Part shown: positions 25,317 through 36,271 of the stretch, piece after piece
How the letters are laid out: every line of letters begins with the position of its first letter
Numbering within the stretch: position 1 is the stretch's first letter
The notes under the pieces: generated by a model
The model's input: only the letters and a program-made list of their open reading frames with translations
Database searches by the model: none
Told to the model about the DNA's origin: nothing
Made by a program: the position numbers and the translations under genes
Source: Selaginella moellendorffii
Taxonomy: Eukaryota; Plantae; Lycopodiophyta
Assembly: GCF_000143415.4 (NCBI RefSeq)
Contig: NW_003314308.1
Coordinates: 692,254 to 756,253 of the forward strand
DNA length: 64,000 nucleotides
Direction: 5' to 3'

Positions 25317-25502
25317 TAGCACAGGCAATTTTCCGGAGGAAGAGATACACAGCAGTGAATTCAACATTGTTGGCTTTTATTTTATTTTATTTGATTGAAG
25401 GATTTCAAAAAGTATAGCACAGGCAATTTTCCGGAGGAAGAGATACACAGCAGTGAATTCAACATTGTTGGCTTTTATTTGATTTTATTTGATTGAAGGA
25501 TT
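25317..25502 (+). repeat. Tandem ~88-bp duplication immediately downstream of the lectin stop codon
   Basis: TAGCACAGGCAATTTTCCGGAGGAAGAGATACACAGCAGTGAATTCAACATTGTTGGCTTTTATTT...GATTGAAGGATT occurs twice (~25317 and ~25414), nearly identical. Confidence 0.9.
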
Positions 25503-26492
25503 CTACTTGGGTTCCCGCCATAGCTCAGTTTGATAGTCAGTCTCCCAGATGACGATGTAGCCACCATCTGTGACAGAGAGGCCAGCAGTAACCACACAAT
25601 TTGGCTGATTTGGGCAGTACTTGTTCGAAGCAAATAGAACCCACTTTCCAGTGGAATCAACCATCACTAGATTTCCATCCATTTGGAGGTTGATGTAGCA
25701 ACCCTTGGCCTTCTCAAAAGTGTCACTTGCCCACACCACCTTGTTCACGTCTCTACGCAAATCATAGAGAACGAAGTTGCAATCTTGTTGCATAATTGCC
25801 CTGTATCTTCCATTGTGAGATACGAGCGTGCCTTGCCTGCCAATGTATGAGCCCAAGGCAGCGTCGGCTCCTCCGATCATGTTGGATTGAGAAGGCCAGC
25901 AGTTTTTCCAGCTGGGATCCGTGGTAATGTCGAAGAGAGTGCGGTTAAAGTCACGAGAATGATCAAACACTGGCTCGTCTGGAAGGTCTTCTGTCAATTC
26001 AAGAGACGAAGAAGCCATGTTCTCTGACCTTCCATACCAAGATACATAGTCAATGGCAAACATCTTCCAGACGCAGAGAATTCGGCCATAGCCTCTGCTC
26101 TCAATCTCCTGGGAGGTCACACTATAGAGACCCAAGAATGCATTCACTAGTGCCTGGGAACTTATGACCTGAGAAGAATCTGGTGTGACATAGCACATTC
26201 CATCGTTCCCGTGCACGCTAAACAGCCACAGCCTAACACTCACCTTGAAGTTGAAATTTGATGCAGCCATGAATGTTGATGTGAAGCTTCTTCCATAAGT
26301 GTAATAGTTCTCCCTTGAAATTGACTGGATGAGCTTTAGAATGGCCCTCGAGATCAGGCGAGAATCACCATATCCGAACCTCAATGCATATTGTCTTGCT
26401 TGAAACTCGGGATCCGCTACAATAGGATTGTGGTTAGAAAATAGAAATAAAGCGAGGAACAGCCTAGGGACCATGTCCAAGAATTTGGACAT
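25503..26492 (-). CDS. Secreted protein with unknown N-terminal domain and C-terminal bulb-type (GNA/B) mannose-binding lectin domain
   Basis: Signal peptide LFLALFLFS...VA. Lectin motifs MQQDCNFVLY, QMDGNLVMV and TDGGYIVIW, plus VVWASDT and LWREPK. Single exon. Confidence 0.88.
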   Translation of the reverse strand: MSKFLDMVPRLFLALFLFSNHNPIVADPEFQARQYALRFGYGDSRLISRAILKLIQSISRENYYTYGRSFTSTFMAASNFNFKVSVRLWLFSVHGNDGMCYVTPDSSQVISSQALVNAFLGLYSVTSQEIESRGYGRILCVWKMFAIDYVSWYGRSENMASSSLELTEDLPDEPVFDHSRDFNRTLFDITTDPSWKNCWPSQSNMIGGADAALGSYIGRQGTLVSHNGRYRAIMQQDCNFVLYDLRRDVNKVVWASDTFEKAKGCYINLQMDGNLVMVDSTGKWVLFASNKYCPNQPNCVVTAGLSVTDGGYIVIWETDYQTELWREPK

Positions 26493-28280
26493 AGCTAGCT
26501 CCTTACAAGCTCCCCCAACCTCATCTTGATTAGTTGCTGTGGTTAATCTTTATAGTAGTATAGTGTGCGATTTTTCCATGTTTTTATGTAAAATGCTTAG
26601 TCTGTGTTCATGTTTGGTTTTATGTGTACTTTATAGCTGTGTATACCACTTTTTTAATTAATTATAGAAGTTTGTTTTGTTTTTTTTGTTGTTTTACAAC
26701 TGTATTTTTTGTTATTTTTGATTTTTGGTTTGCTTAACCAAACCTGTAGATATACTTAGAATATGTTTGGATATTCTAAGATATTTGCAGTTATTATTCA
26801 TTTAGATTAATATTTTATTTATAATTTATAAACATATTTATGATTATAAACTTTTATTTGATCAACTGGATTAATAGATATGAATAATACTACTATTAAG
26901 CAAACCAAGCATTGCTCAATGTGTAACAAATTATTTTTAACTTAAGCATTTTTATAAAACCAATGCCATACTCTGTGTTATTGGTGTTAATATGTAGCTC
27001 TTTATTTTTAAAATTATATTCCAGTCAACAATTATGCCAACTAATCTAGGTGCATCTTTTTTTTTTACACATTTGCAGATATATAGTTTTATTTTCAATT
27101 GCATACAAAAATATAATGCAGACAATCATATTTAGATTGCTTAAAAAACAATTGAAATGTGATTGTGTGTATTATATTTTTGTCATGCCTAGAATGCCAA
27201 AGTCTGATGCCACATCATTTTAAACAATATGATGTCACCACAATATTCATTCTTATCTCTTTCCACTTTGATTTGTGATCTCTTGATTGTGAATTTTCTC
27301 TTTGTGCTTGTTAAACTGTGCCATTCTCTTTTCAAAAGCACTCTTAGTCTTGTGTAAGAGTACTCACATTTCTCGTGCAATAGTGTTTGCACTTCCCACA
27401 TACTAGCACTCCCTTAGCAGCTGAGAGGTTTGGAGCATGGCACCATAGTCACACCCTAATATAGGCTGAATAGTGCTTCAAGCATTATATATAGTGGGTG
27501 AGAGTGAACAATTGGAATGTGTGCTAGTTGTGGTAAAGGCATTAGGCAATGGTGCAAAGCCTTTTTTTAAGTTAGCTTCATCATGCTTCAAGTGTTGAGT
27601 ATAGTGGTTTTGTTATGAGTAAGTACTTTAAAGCATTAGCTTGGCATTGTATAATTTGTTACACTCAGCCATGCTGCAAAGCAACAACACTTTCTTAGGT
27701 TTTTATTTCTTACCTTCAGCTTTGTGATTATTGCAATGAGTTTATTGTGAGGAGTGAATGTAAGTAAGTAATTAATTTGTGCCTATTTATCTAATACACG
27801 TGCTAATGTGTGCATTTTCTATTCTAGATTATTTTCATGGTTGAAAAATTGAGAGTTTTGTGCCAATTTGAATAACACACACTTGGATATATGAGTGTAA
27901 TGCAATAATTTACTAATTTGCTAGGGGATGGTCCAAAGTTGAGTTGAGCTCACGAGTTAAGCTCAATTCAACACAAGTTAACTCAAGTCAACACAGTCAA
28001 CTAGAAGTCTTACAAAGGAAATCTAAATTGAACAAATAAAGGTTCAAGCAAACTTTAAAATATTTAAATACGTAAATATCTAAGTTAAAAGTTTTTATAA
28101 GATTGAATTGTTTAAAAAAGACAAAGTTCACGAGAACCTATCTTTCATAAAATTATATTATTTTATTATGACTACTATTACAGCTGGCATATTTTAATTT
28201 GACTACTTAATATTTTAAATACTTTTAGAGCTATAGATACTATTCTTTCATTCAAAAGATTTTTTAAGGTTCTTGAGAAG

Positions 28281-28529
28281 ATGGGAAGCAAGGAAAATAC
28301 AAGATTTGTGAGTAAGAGTTGTAGTGCAAAAGAATGTGAGAATGTTAATTTTGTTTCACTACCACAATTTTTATATTATACTCCTAGTTTTTATGATCTA
28401 TCTGGGAATGTGGAAACCACTATCATGATTGATAAAAATGCTCCTATTACTTCTGAAACAATAGTCCAAAGCAAAAGAAATGAAGAAATGAATAGCACGG
28501 CGGAAAGCCTCAAGAAATTTATTCCATAA
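28281..28529 (+). CDS. Small 82-aa transposon cargo ORF, homologous to 60301-60558
   Basis: ENVNFVSLPQFLYYT...DKNAPITSETIVQSK...NSTAESLKK aligns by eye with the ORF in the Sola element. Confidence 0.65.
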   Translation: MGSKENTRFVSKSCSAKECENVNFVSLPQFLYYTPSFYDLSGNVETTIMIDKNAPITSETIVQSKRNEEMNSTAESLKKFIP

Positions 28530-31500
28530 AGCTTTCTATGATATTTGTAATTTACATATTAATTCATATTAAAAACTCTGTTGCCTACCTATATTGTAAT
28601 CCTCTCATATGATAAGACCAAGGTATATTTTTGCAATGAATCCTCATTAAAAGTTTTCGGGAGTTATTTGTGAATAATAATAAAAGAAATCGAAATCTTT
28701 TGAAAGACTCAAAAGTAATATCACATCAAAGAATCAACTTTATCTACATTTCCAAGACTGAAAGACAATCTCACACAAGAGAATAGTAGTGTGCCAACGT
28801 GCTCTACCACTATAATGTGGTCTATATTTCCTTGCAGTCTATTTCCTTAGACATTTGGCATGTGTAGAAAAGAATATATGTGTAGCAAAGTAGGATTTCA
28901 TTATAATGATAGAGTATGTGTATACACGATAATTTAAAATTTTAGAAGCTCTTATGTTTACAAGTAAGCTATGATTATGAAGCCCCATTTCCAAAACTGA
29001 CATTTAAAGAATCTGAATATTGTCAATGTCATAATAAATAAACCTCATTTTGAGACTAAAACTTAATATATAAACTATCTAGAAAAGTTATAGTCATTAT
29101 AATTTTTTGGTTCTCCTTGAGTTCCTTGGAAGTTTGTATTGAAATGGCTCGAAAGAAAGTCACTACTACTTGTACTTAGCCCTCAGCATTTCATATTAAT
29201 CTCCACCTCCATCCCCAAGTTTTACCAACATTCCAGCTTCACCTCCATATAATAATCCTTTTTCTACTAAGGGCTCTAGTGAAGTTGAATTAGAGTTTTT
29301 TATATATGAAATTCCAAATCTTTCTACTAAAGAGAGATTGCCTCTAGCGCTTCAAGAGTAATATCACATGTTTTTGCAAGATCTTGTTCTTGACATGGTG
29401 GGACTACTTGAAAGCACAAAATATTATTACATTCGGTGTTTAATATGCTACTTTTTCTTGGACAAAACAAATGGTTATATGGGTTTATGAACTTTTCTTG
29501 AGCACTATAGAAATTGCCCAACGGCGGGTCTGGAAAATGTGCATGTATGAATATACAATAAATTCAAGAATGAGTTATGGATACCTACCCAATATCACTT
29601 TGTGATGAGGAATAATATCCCCTTGGAAAACACTGCATTAGCTAGTGCAAAATATGGGGTTTTTAGGCCACCCTATAGTGGAATGTAAGATTTAGAATTA
29701 CTTTACTATACTATAATATTATCACTATTAAAAGAAAAAATATAATAAAATGATATTAGTTGTAGGTAACATACTTTGTTCTAAAAGGTACTATCATATC
29801 ATATACAATTTTTTACAAAATGTTGAAAGAGGAGATGGCAACATACAAGTGCTACAAAGTGATGGTGACAAGTGAGAATGATAGTTTGCAATTATAATAT
29901 TTGACACTGAATTGACATTTGACACTTTCACTGACATATGACATATAACAAAATTTTCATTTTATGTAAGGATGCAATTAACTTTTTTCTGCCTCATCAT
30001 CAACATATTGATTTCTTTTATACTTCCTTCTATATTGGTATTATGGGGAAGATTCATCTTGCATATGTTGAACCATGGCTTTTGCATAATCAAGGAGACT
30101 TCCCAAGCCTCTAATTCTAGAAACTCCAAGTGATTGTGATCTATAAAATAGAATTAAACATCTATTGAAATTTTAATAAATATAATTTACCTCCTTGAGG
30201 TTGGAGGCAACTCACGAAATCCTTTGAGCCAGTGTTTAAAAAAATAATGTTCTTCAATAGCAAACACCAACCTACCAAAGTCACATGTTGCCTCCACCAT
30301 AGAACCACTATCTGGTATGCAATCAATCACAACACCATCTAGTGGGCAATAGAGCTCAAGCAAGACTTGCGTCGCTGATAGAGTTCAAAATTGGTACTCT
30401 GGAAACGTCTTGTGGATCTGCTCATCCACAAGGTTGGGTATGATGTTAGTGGAACTGTCGTACCCAGGCAAAACATGTGTTGCACGTTCACTGTCACAAA
30501 ACCCATTATGTGTGTTTTTACAAAAGGCATGATAGGTCCACATCATAACCTGGAAAATAAAAATGTTTAGAAATTAGATAAAAATATAAAATACATACTC
30601 ACTTTTTCAGGCTTCCCTTGGACACCCCTCGTATCGACGCCAATAGGATCCAAGATACACATGGAAAAGAATGACTTGAAATGAACTTTTGCTGTGCATG
30701 TCATAAGCTCATACATCCAGTTAGGGTTGTTCGGTAGGTTGAAGACGACATGGCCAACTTCAAGAATAAGTGCTTCAGACAAGAGGAATGCATCACGCAT
30801 GTGGTCAGGTGTGAGAAAGTTCCAATCCTCAACTTTCCCATTAATATCTGCAAGACCATCTGGAAAGTTGAAGAGAATGAAGTGTGCAACTGGGAGCAAG
30901 GGCCTTTATATCTTTTGGCACCAACGGTTAAACTAGTGTTGTATATCCATGTTGATATCATATTCCATAACAGATGTCAACAATCTATTATAAGAGCTAA
31001 TGAAGATACCCACAATACTAGGATGGACTTATAAAAAAACTAAGTGAATGAAAAAAGCAATAAATAATATGCTACTGTCATATGGTAGGTTGTCAATGAG
31101 AGTTCCTCCAACTCCTCTTCACGAGCATCTCGTTGAGCTAGAATGAAATTACTACTAACAATCATTGTTGCAAAAAATATGTATTACCACCTTTATTTTG
31201 TAAAATTCACTTTTGCTTACCTTGAGGTTGACTTAATATTTTATAAACCACTTGATCATTATTATTTACTGATGGAACCTGATTCAAATCTTGGTTGTTT
31301 TATGGTTGAACTAAAGCTTAATCCTGGCTATCTGGTGGTGAAACACGAACTTGATTTAGAGCTTCCTCGTCCTCGTCTCCATCATCACTTGCATTGCCAT
31401 CGTTGCTAACATTAACAACTTCCTCGTGGTCTAGTGTAAAGGTCTCATTCCCTAGGAGCTCCAACTCCCAAGGGCCTTTGGAACTCTCGCAAACATTATT

Positions 31501-33239
31501 GGGTACATTCTTCCATCCTTAGACCCTTTGTAACAAGTCAAGTGCAAATCGGTGCCTCAAATGGCATACCTCTATATCGAAGATATCTGTAAATAATATA
31601 TATTTCAAAAATGTTTTAGAAATCATATTATACCTGTAAGCTGCACGTTACATGAAATAAAGCTGACCATGTTGGCTATCATAAGTTGTTGTGCTTATAG
31701 ACTTCTCTGGCAACCACCCCTTTTCGATCCCTTCCAATGATGTGTTGATGTAGGTGTCGAAAGACATGAATATGCCATCTGGATCGTCACCAATGTACGG
31801 TGCCAAAAATTTCTCACCTTCACTTATAGTTTGTGTAATGTAGATAGCCCTTCTCATCATGTTCTCAAATAGTTCTAGTAGTCCTTTCTCTCTGTTCATC
31901 AAACAGACATTGAGGAATTCTAAAGTCTCTATTTATTTCTTATATGGAATCTTTAATTTTGCAATATTGTAAATTATGTCATCTGGAGTTTTGTTCATTG
32001 CAAAAGTAACATGTGCATAATTGAGAAAAATGAAGTATGATAAAAAATTTACATTCATGAGAAGAAATTTTGGCTATAGTCTCTAGCGACTCCTTTAGCC
32101 TACGATTGTTTGCAATGCATACTAGTTTCTTTAACTTGAAAGATTTTGCATATTAAATTTTGTGCTCAATTTGTATGAACTCAGCTGAGAGCTCTTCCCG
32201 ACTCTTCTCTAGATATGCAAATTCATAAGCATCTTGCTTAACCTTCACCAAAGGCTAAAAACCAAAACAATTAAAAGAGGCTTTTATAAAATGAAAGGGA
32301 AAGATATACCTTGCACCACATAGCGAGCATAAAACTGATTGGGTTGTTGAACCAAGTTGTACTGTCATTTTGAGTGCATGAGTGTTGAAAAAGTGTTATG
32401 AGATTATCACCATAATGTTATTAGATGTCATCTTCATTCAAGTCTGTCAAAAATTGAAGTTGCTCGATGTTATGAACAAAGTTTTGCTTTTGAACAACGA
32501 ACTGCCCAAACCTACATTTAAACACGACAAAATAAGTTAAAGTGGAGTTGGAGGTAAAATTATAAAACTTACGCATTGATTTCTTGGCAGGCCAAGATAA
32601 GTTTGTTGACATCCAAAGGTCCCCTTGCATAGACATGGCTGACTGGAACATTGATATGGTAGACGGGATCATCGCGAAAATGATCGTCAATACACTTCAT
32701 CCAAGCCCCATATCGATGGTTACTATTAATAATTTGGAACATTGTCCCTGTAAGCTGTCGAGTCTCAGGATGGCTGATAAACATGTTATCAAATTCCAGA
32801 GACTTCCTCCTCCAAATAGGATCTCAGCTATTCACAATCTTGGGTGTGACGGTAATGATCTCTATTGTTCCTGGCTTGCAAAAAGAGACTAAAAACATAC
32901 TGATATTTGTCATAAGGCCATTTTACTTCAACAAGCTATATATGTCCGGGTTGACATGTTTGGATGCTGTGTGGACAAAGCTCGTCTATTACAAACGACA
33001 AAAGGGGATTTCTCTGATCAAGTCACAAGGGCCTAACCACTTGAGCGCCTTAAGTGTTTGGTGAACTGCTTTTTCCCTTATCTGCATAACAGTATCTTGA
33101 AAGTGCTTGTCCACCATATTATCAGGAAAGTCTGCAACTCTTTCAACTCCAGGCTATTCCTTAGGTTCTTTATCGCGAACACTACTAGATTGCCCAACTT
33201 CAAGGATTTGAGCTGGTGGTTAGCCAGTGAGGAGTAAAG

Positions 33240-33430
33240 GTGGAGGTGGCAATGGTGATGGTAGGGGTGGTGGTGGTGGTGGCAGGGGTGGAGGCAATAG
33301 TGGTAGTGGTGGTGGCAATGGTGGCAGTGGCAGTGGCGATGGCAATGGTGGAGGTGGTGATGGTGGTAGTGGAGGTGGTGATGGCGGTGGTGGAGGTGTT
33401 GATGGTAGAGATGATGGTGGTAGAGGTAGT
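33240..33430 (-). repeat. (CCA/CCT)n-rich repeat encoding a poly-proline tract
   Basis: GGT/GGC/GGA triplet run on the + strand; ORF 33220..33570 reads PPPPPSPPPLPP. Confidence 0.85.
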
Positions 33431-33644
33431 GGATCTCTAAGTAAATGTATTTTTGTTGATATGCTAATGGATATGTCGATCATGATATCATCGTCAGTGC
33501 CGAATTGAACTTCTTTTGTTTTCTTAGCTCCAACAACCTTTTTATATGGTACAATTTTCCTTTTCTGCAAGAGAAAAAATTTTGTTAATAAAACTAAATA
33601 AAGATAATAAGAAATTCAAATTGTCAGAGAGAAAAAAAATCAAG

Positions 33645-34235
33645 TGGGCCCAAACTTTACCAAGGTCACTGAAGTGCCCAAGGCAGTTGGCCTCGAGCAC
33701 TTTAAGGGCCAAATATTTGAATAACCTCGGCCACATGGGCAGCCAAAGTGCCTGAGGTGGCCAGCCTGAGCTCGACTTTGGGCACTTTAGCCACCCAAGG
33801 GGCCGAGGTTATTCAAATAACCTCAGCCCCTTAGGTGGCCAAAGTGCCTGAGGTGGCCGGCCCAAGCTCAATCTCGGGCACTTTGGCCACCCGAGGGGTT
33901 GAGGTTATTCAAATAACCTCAGGGCCAAAGTGCCCAAAGTGGTCGGCCCAAGCTCGACTTCAAGCACTTTAGTCGCCCGAGGGGCTGAGGTTATTTGAAT
34001 AACCTTGGCCCCTTGGGAAGCCAAAGTGCCCGAGGTGGCTAGCCTAGGCTTGACCTCAGGCACTTTGGCTGCCTGAGGGGCTGAGGTTATTCAAATAACC
34101 TCAGTCCCTTGGGCAGCCGAAATGCCTAAAATGGCCAGCCTAGGCTCGACCTTAGGCATTTTGGCCGCCCGAGGGGCTAAGGTTATTTGAATAACTTGGC
34201 CCCTCGGGCAGCTAAAGTGCCCAAGGTGGCCAACC
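33645..34235. repeat. Tandem array (~6 x ~98 bp) of GC-rich double-hairpin units in the first intron of the cargo gene
   Basis: Alternating palindromes GGCCAAAGTGCCCGAGGT...ACCTCGGGCACTTTGGCC and GGGGCTGAGGTTATT(C/T)(A/G)AATAACCTCAGCCCC. Confidence 0.9.
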
Positions 34236-34354
34236 CTAAAGAAGCAATTAAGAAAGAAGCAAGAAGGAAAAAATGGAAGTGGAAGCAATAAAATCGAAAC
34301 TCACCCTTAATAGCATCTTTCCTTCTTGATCACCGTTAGCGGCTCTTAGCTTTC

Positions 34355-34587
34355 GTTCACGAGGGCGAGAACTTGTAGGGAAGCGTGGTGGATTGTAAGC
34401 AACCAAAGAGAACGACTCAAAAGACGATCCATGGGGTTCAAATATAAAGGGAAAGGGCCCATGAACAAGAGTGCACCCCTTTTTCTAATCAGTTAATGGT
34501 CTTAGGATACTTAGAGTTAAGCATCCTTGGGTTTGAATAGTACTGGGTTGGGTGACTTCCTAGGAAGTCCAAACTCAAGAGCTTACA
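34355..34587 (+). mobile_element. Cassandra-like TRIM: end of internal domain, PPT and 194-bp LTR (34394-34587) containing a 5S rRNA-derived Pol III promoter
   Basis: LTR termini TGTAAGC...GCTTACA. 34515-34570 (AGTTAAGCATCCTTGGGTTTGAATAGTACTGGGTTGGGTGACTTCCTAGGAAGTCC) matches the plant 5S A box, IE and C box. Upstream are ACGAGGGCG and a purine-rich GGGAAGCGTGGTGGAT tract. Confidence 0.85.
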
Positions 34588-36271
34588 ATCACTATCCTCA
34601 CTATCATCTCTTTCATTCTCTTGTGTGGTTTAATTATGTTGTGCAATGGGATAATTACTGCATCTCCTAACCCTTGAACCCTGGGAAAGATTGTGAGAGT
34701 TGAAATTACCAACACTAGAACTTATAAACATTTGTGTGTATTTCCCTTTTTTCAAATGAGAGTGTGAATGAAGATCTATAAATTCTAGACAATATGCTAT
34801 GACAAACCTTTCAAGAATGTATTCTAAAAAAGAACCAAGTTTTTCTTTTATGTGCAATAAACTTATATTAACGTTTATTTTTTTTCCTTTCAAACGGTTA
34901 TATGGCTTTACATAGAATCATATTTAAAATTTAATAATTTTTTAATTCTGACAAACCTAACATTTACTAGCTAAAAAGAACAGAATACAAATTTAAGGAA
35001 GTGACAAGAATACTCTTTTTGTAAATATTTTATTTTATATTCTAACAAACGTCCCTATCATTGCTTGTAGTAAATATTTAAATTATTAGAACAAGAAGTG
35101 TCCTTTAGAACATTTTTATCTATATAATATATAGAGAGTTATTAAATTATTAGGTTCGCCATAATCTTAAAATTTTAAAGTTTATAATGTTTGTACTAAA
35201 TTACAATTGAAAATTGAGCTCAACTCATGAGCTCAAGTATGGTCCGCGCTCACTTGCTAAGCTTAAAATCTCGCATTGTGTCATTGATGGCCATATTAGC
35301 AAGGGAATCTCTTGGAAATGTGTTCTTTGAATTTTGAAATATTCATCATCATATTCATTTATAAAGTGTCAAGAATTTTGGGATATTGCTATATTATGTG
35401 AGGATAGAAAAATGATAAAGTTTACTTGAGAAGATACCAATATATTTATATCAATGTTTATATACTTCTATGTCTTTATTCTTATATGGCCTTTTCTTTC
35501 TTTCCAAGTCAAAGATTCATGCTTCATTGAATTGAGTGCTAGAAATTCTTAGACATGACTTGACAACAGTAGTTGCTTGCATACAGCCTCAAGATCAAGG
35601 ACCATATTGTCTTCTTTTCTCTCAACAAAGTGAGTGTGTGTGTGTGTTGGGGGGGGGGGGGGGGTTTCCATGCAACCTTCCCCCATTACAAGTCATAGAC
35701 ATAGAGCTAACAACACAAGCAAAGGACAATGTTATGGAGGAAGGTGAAGAGGGAGTCGTGGAGGACGATCCCATTGCCTTGAATATTGCAAAAGAAGTGT
35801 TATTGAATCTCAAGAATGTAGAAAAAGTAACTCTACTAGTGCAAGATGATGTACTAGCTATATCATTGAAAATGGTGCAATAAGCTTTACAATAAATACT
35901 ATTGAATATTCTTTGTTTGTTTTCAAATTTTTAGAGCTACTTGAATGCAATTTTACATTGCACGGTATGAGGTTGTGGAAAAAGGCCATTCTTATGATGT
36001 TATGGAAAAGGACCATTCACGTAGGTGCAAGATGATGGTGGAAGAGGCCTCATGTGGTATGGTGGTGGAGGAGGCCTGTGTGGAGGAGGAGCCTCCTTAT
36101 GAAGTGGACGCTCTAAGCCATAAATGGATGTTTACATCTATGCTAGATACTCCATGTGAGGTATAGGATGAGACTTTGGTGGAGGTTCGCTTAAACAATG
36201 ATGAGGACACTCCAATCAACAAGGTTTATGATGGAGTGGTTCCTAGTGAGAAGGTGGAGGTGCCATGTGAT

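Larger units (their letters stand above)
29990..34316 (-). pseudogene. Spliced cargo gene: Pro-rich N-terminus, ParB/Srx-like domain, beta-class N4/N6 DNA methyltransferase-like domain; several nonsense and frameshift lesions
   Basis: Putative first exon MLLR (34316-34305) splices to KRKIVPY...poly-Pro. ParB-like FQIINSNHRYGAW at ~32705-32745. Motif IV-like FILFNFPDG...EDW at ~30820-30880. Motif I-like LLELYCPLDGVVIDCIPDSGSMVEATCDFGRLVFAIE at 30253-30363. Further exons may reach ~29100. Confidence 0.65.
27924..35251. mobile_element. Non-autonomous Mutator-like DNA transposon (~7.3 kb) carrying cargo genes
   Basis: Imperfect TIRs share the core TTGAGCTCA(C/T)GAGTT(A/G)AGCTCAATT. An 8-bp TSD reads ATTTGCTA at 27916-27923 and ACTTGCTA at 35252-35259. 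The right ~650 bp is an inverted copy of the terminus of the transposase-bearing element at 36272. Confidence 0.72.

Noticed and set aside
25503-26492. Lectin gene captured by the Helitron
   Set aside because: The Helitron 5' TC terminus is at 25229, so the gene lies outside the element.
27189-27923. hAT transposase C-terminal remnant (AAER.WS-like) in the flank, possibly continuing at 35252-36271
   Set aside because: Too degenerate to support without a search.
34515-34570. Functional 5S rRNA gene
   Set aside because: Only the internal control region is 5S-like; it lacks the 5S ends and lies within TG...CA LTR termini.
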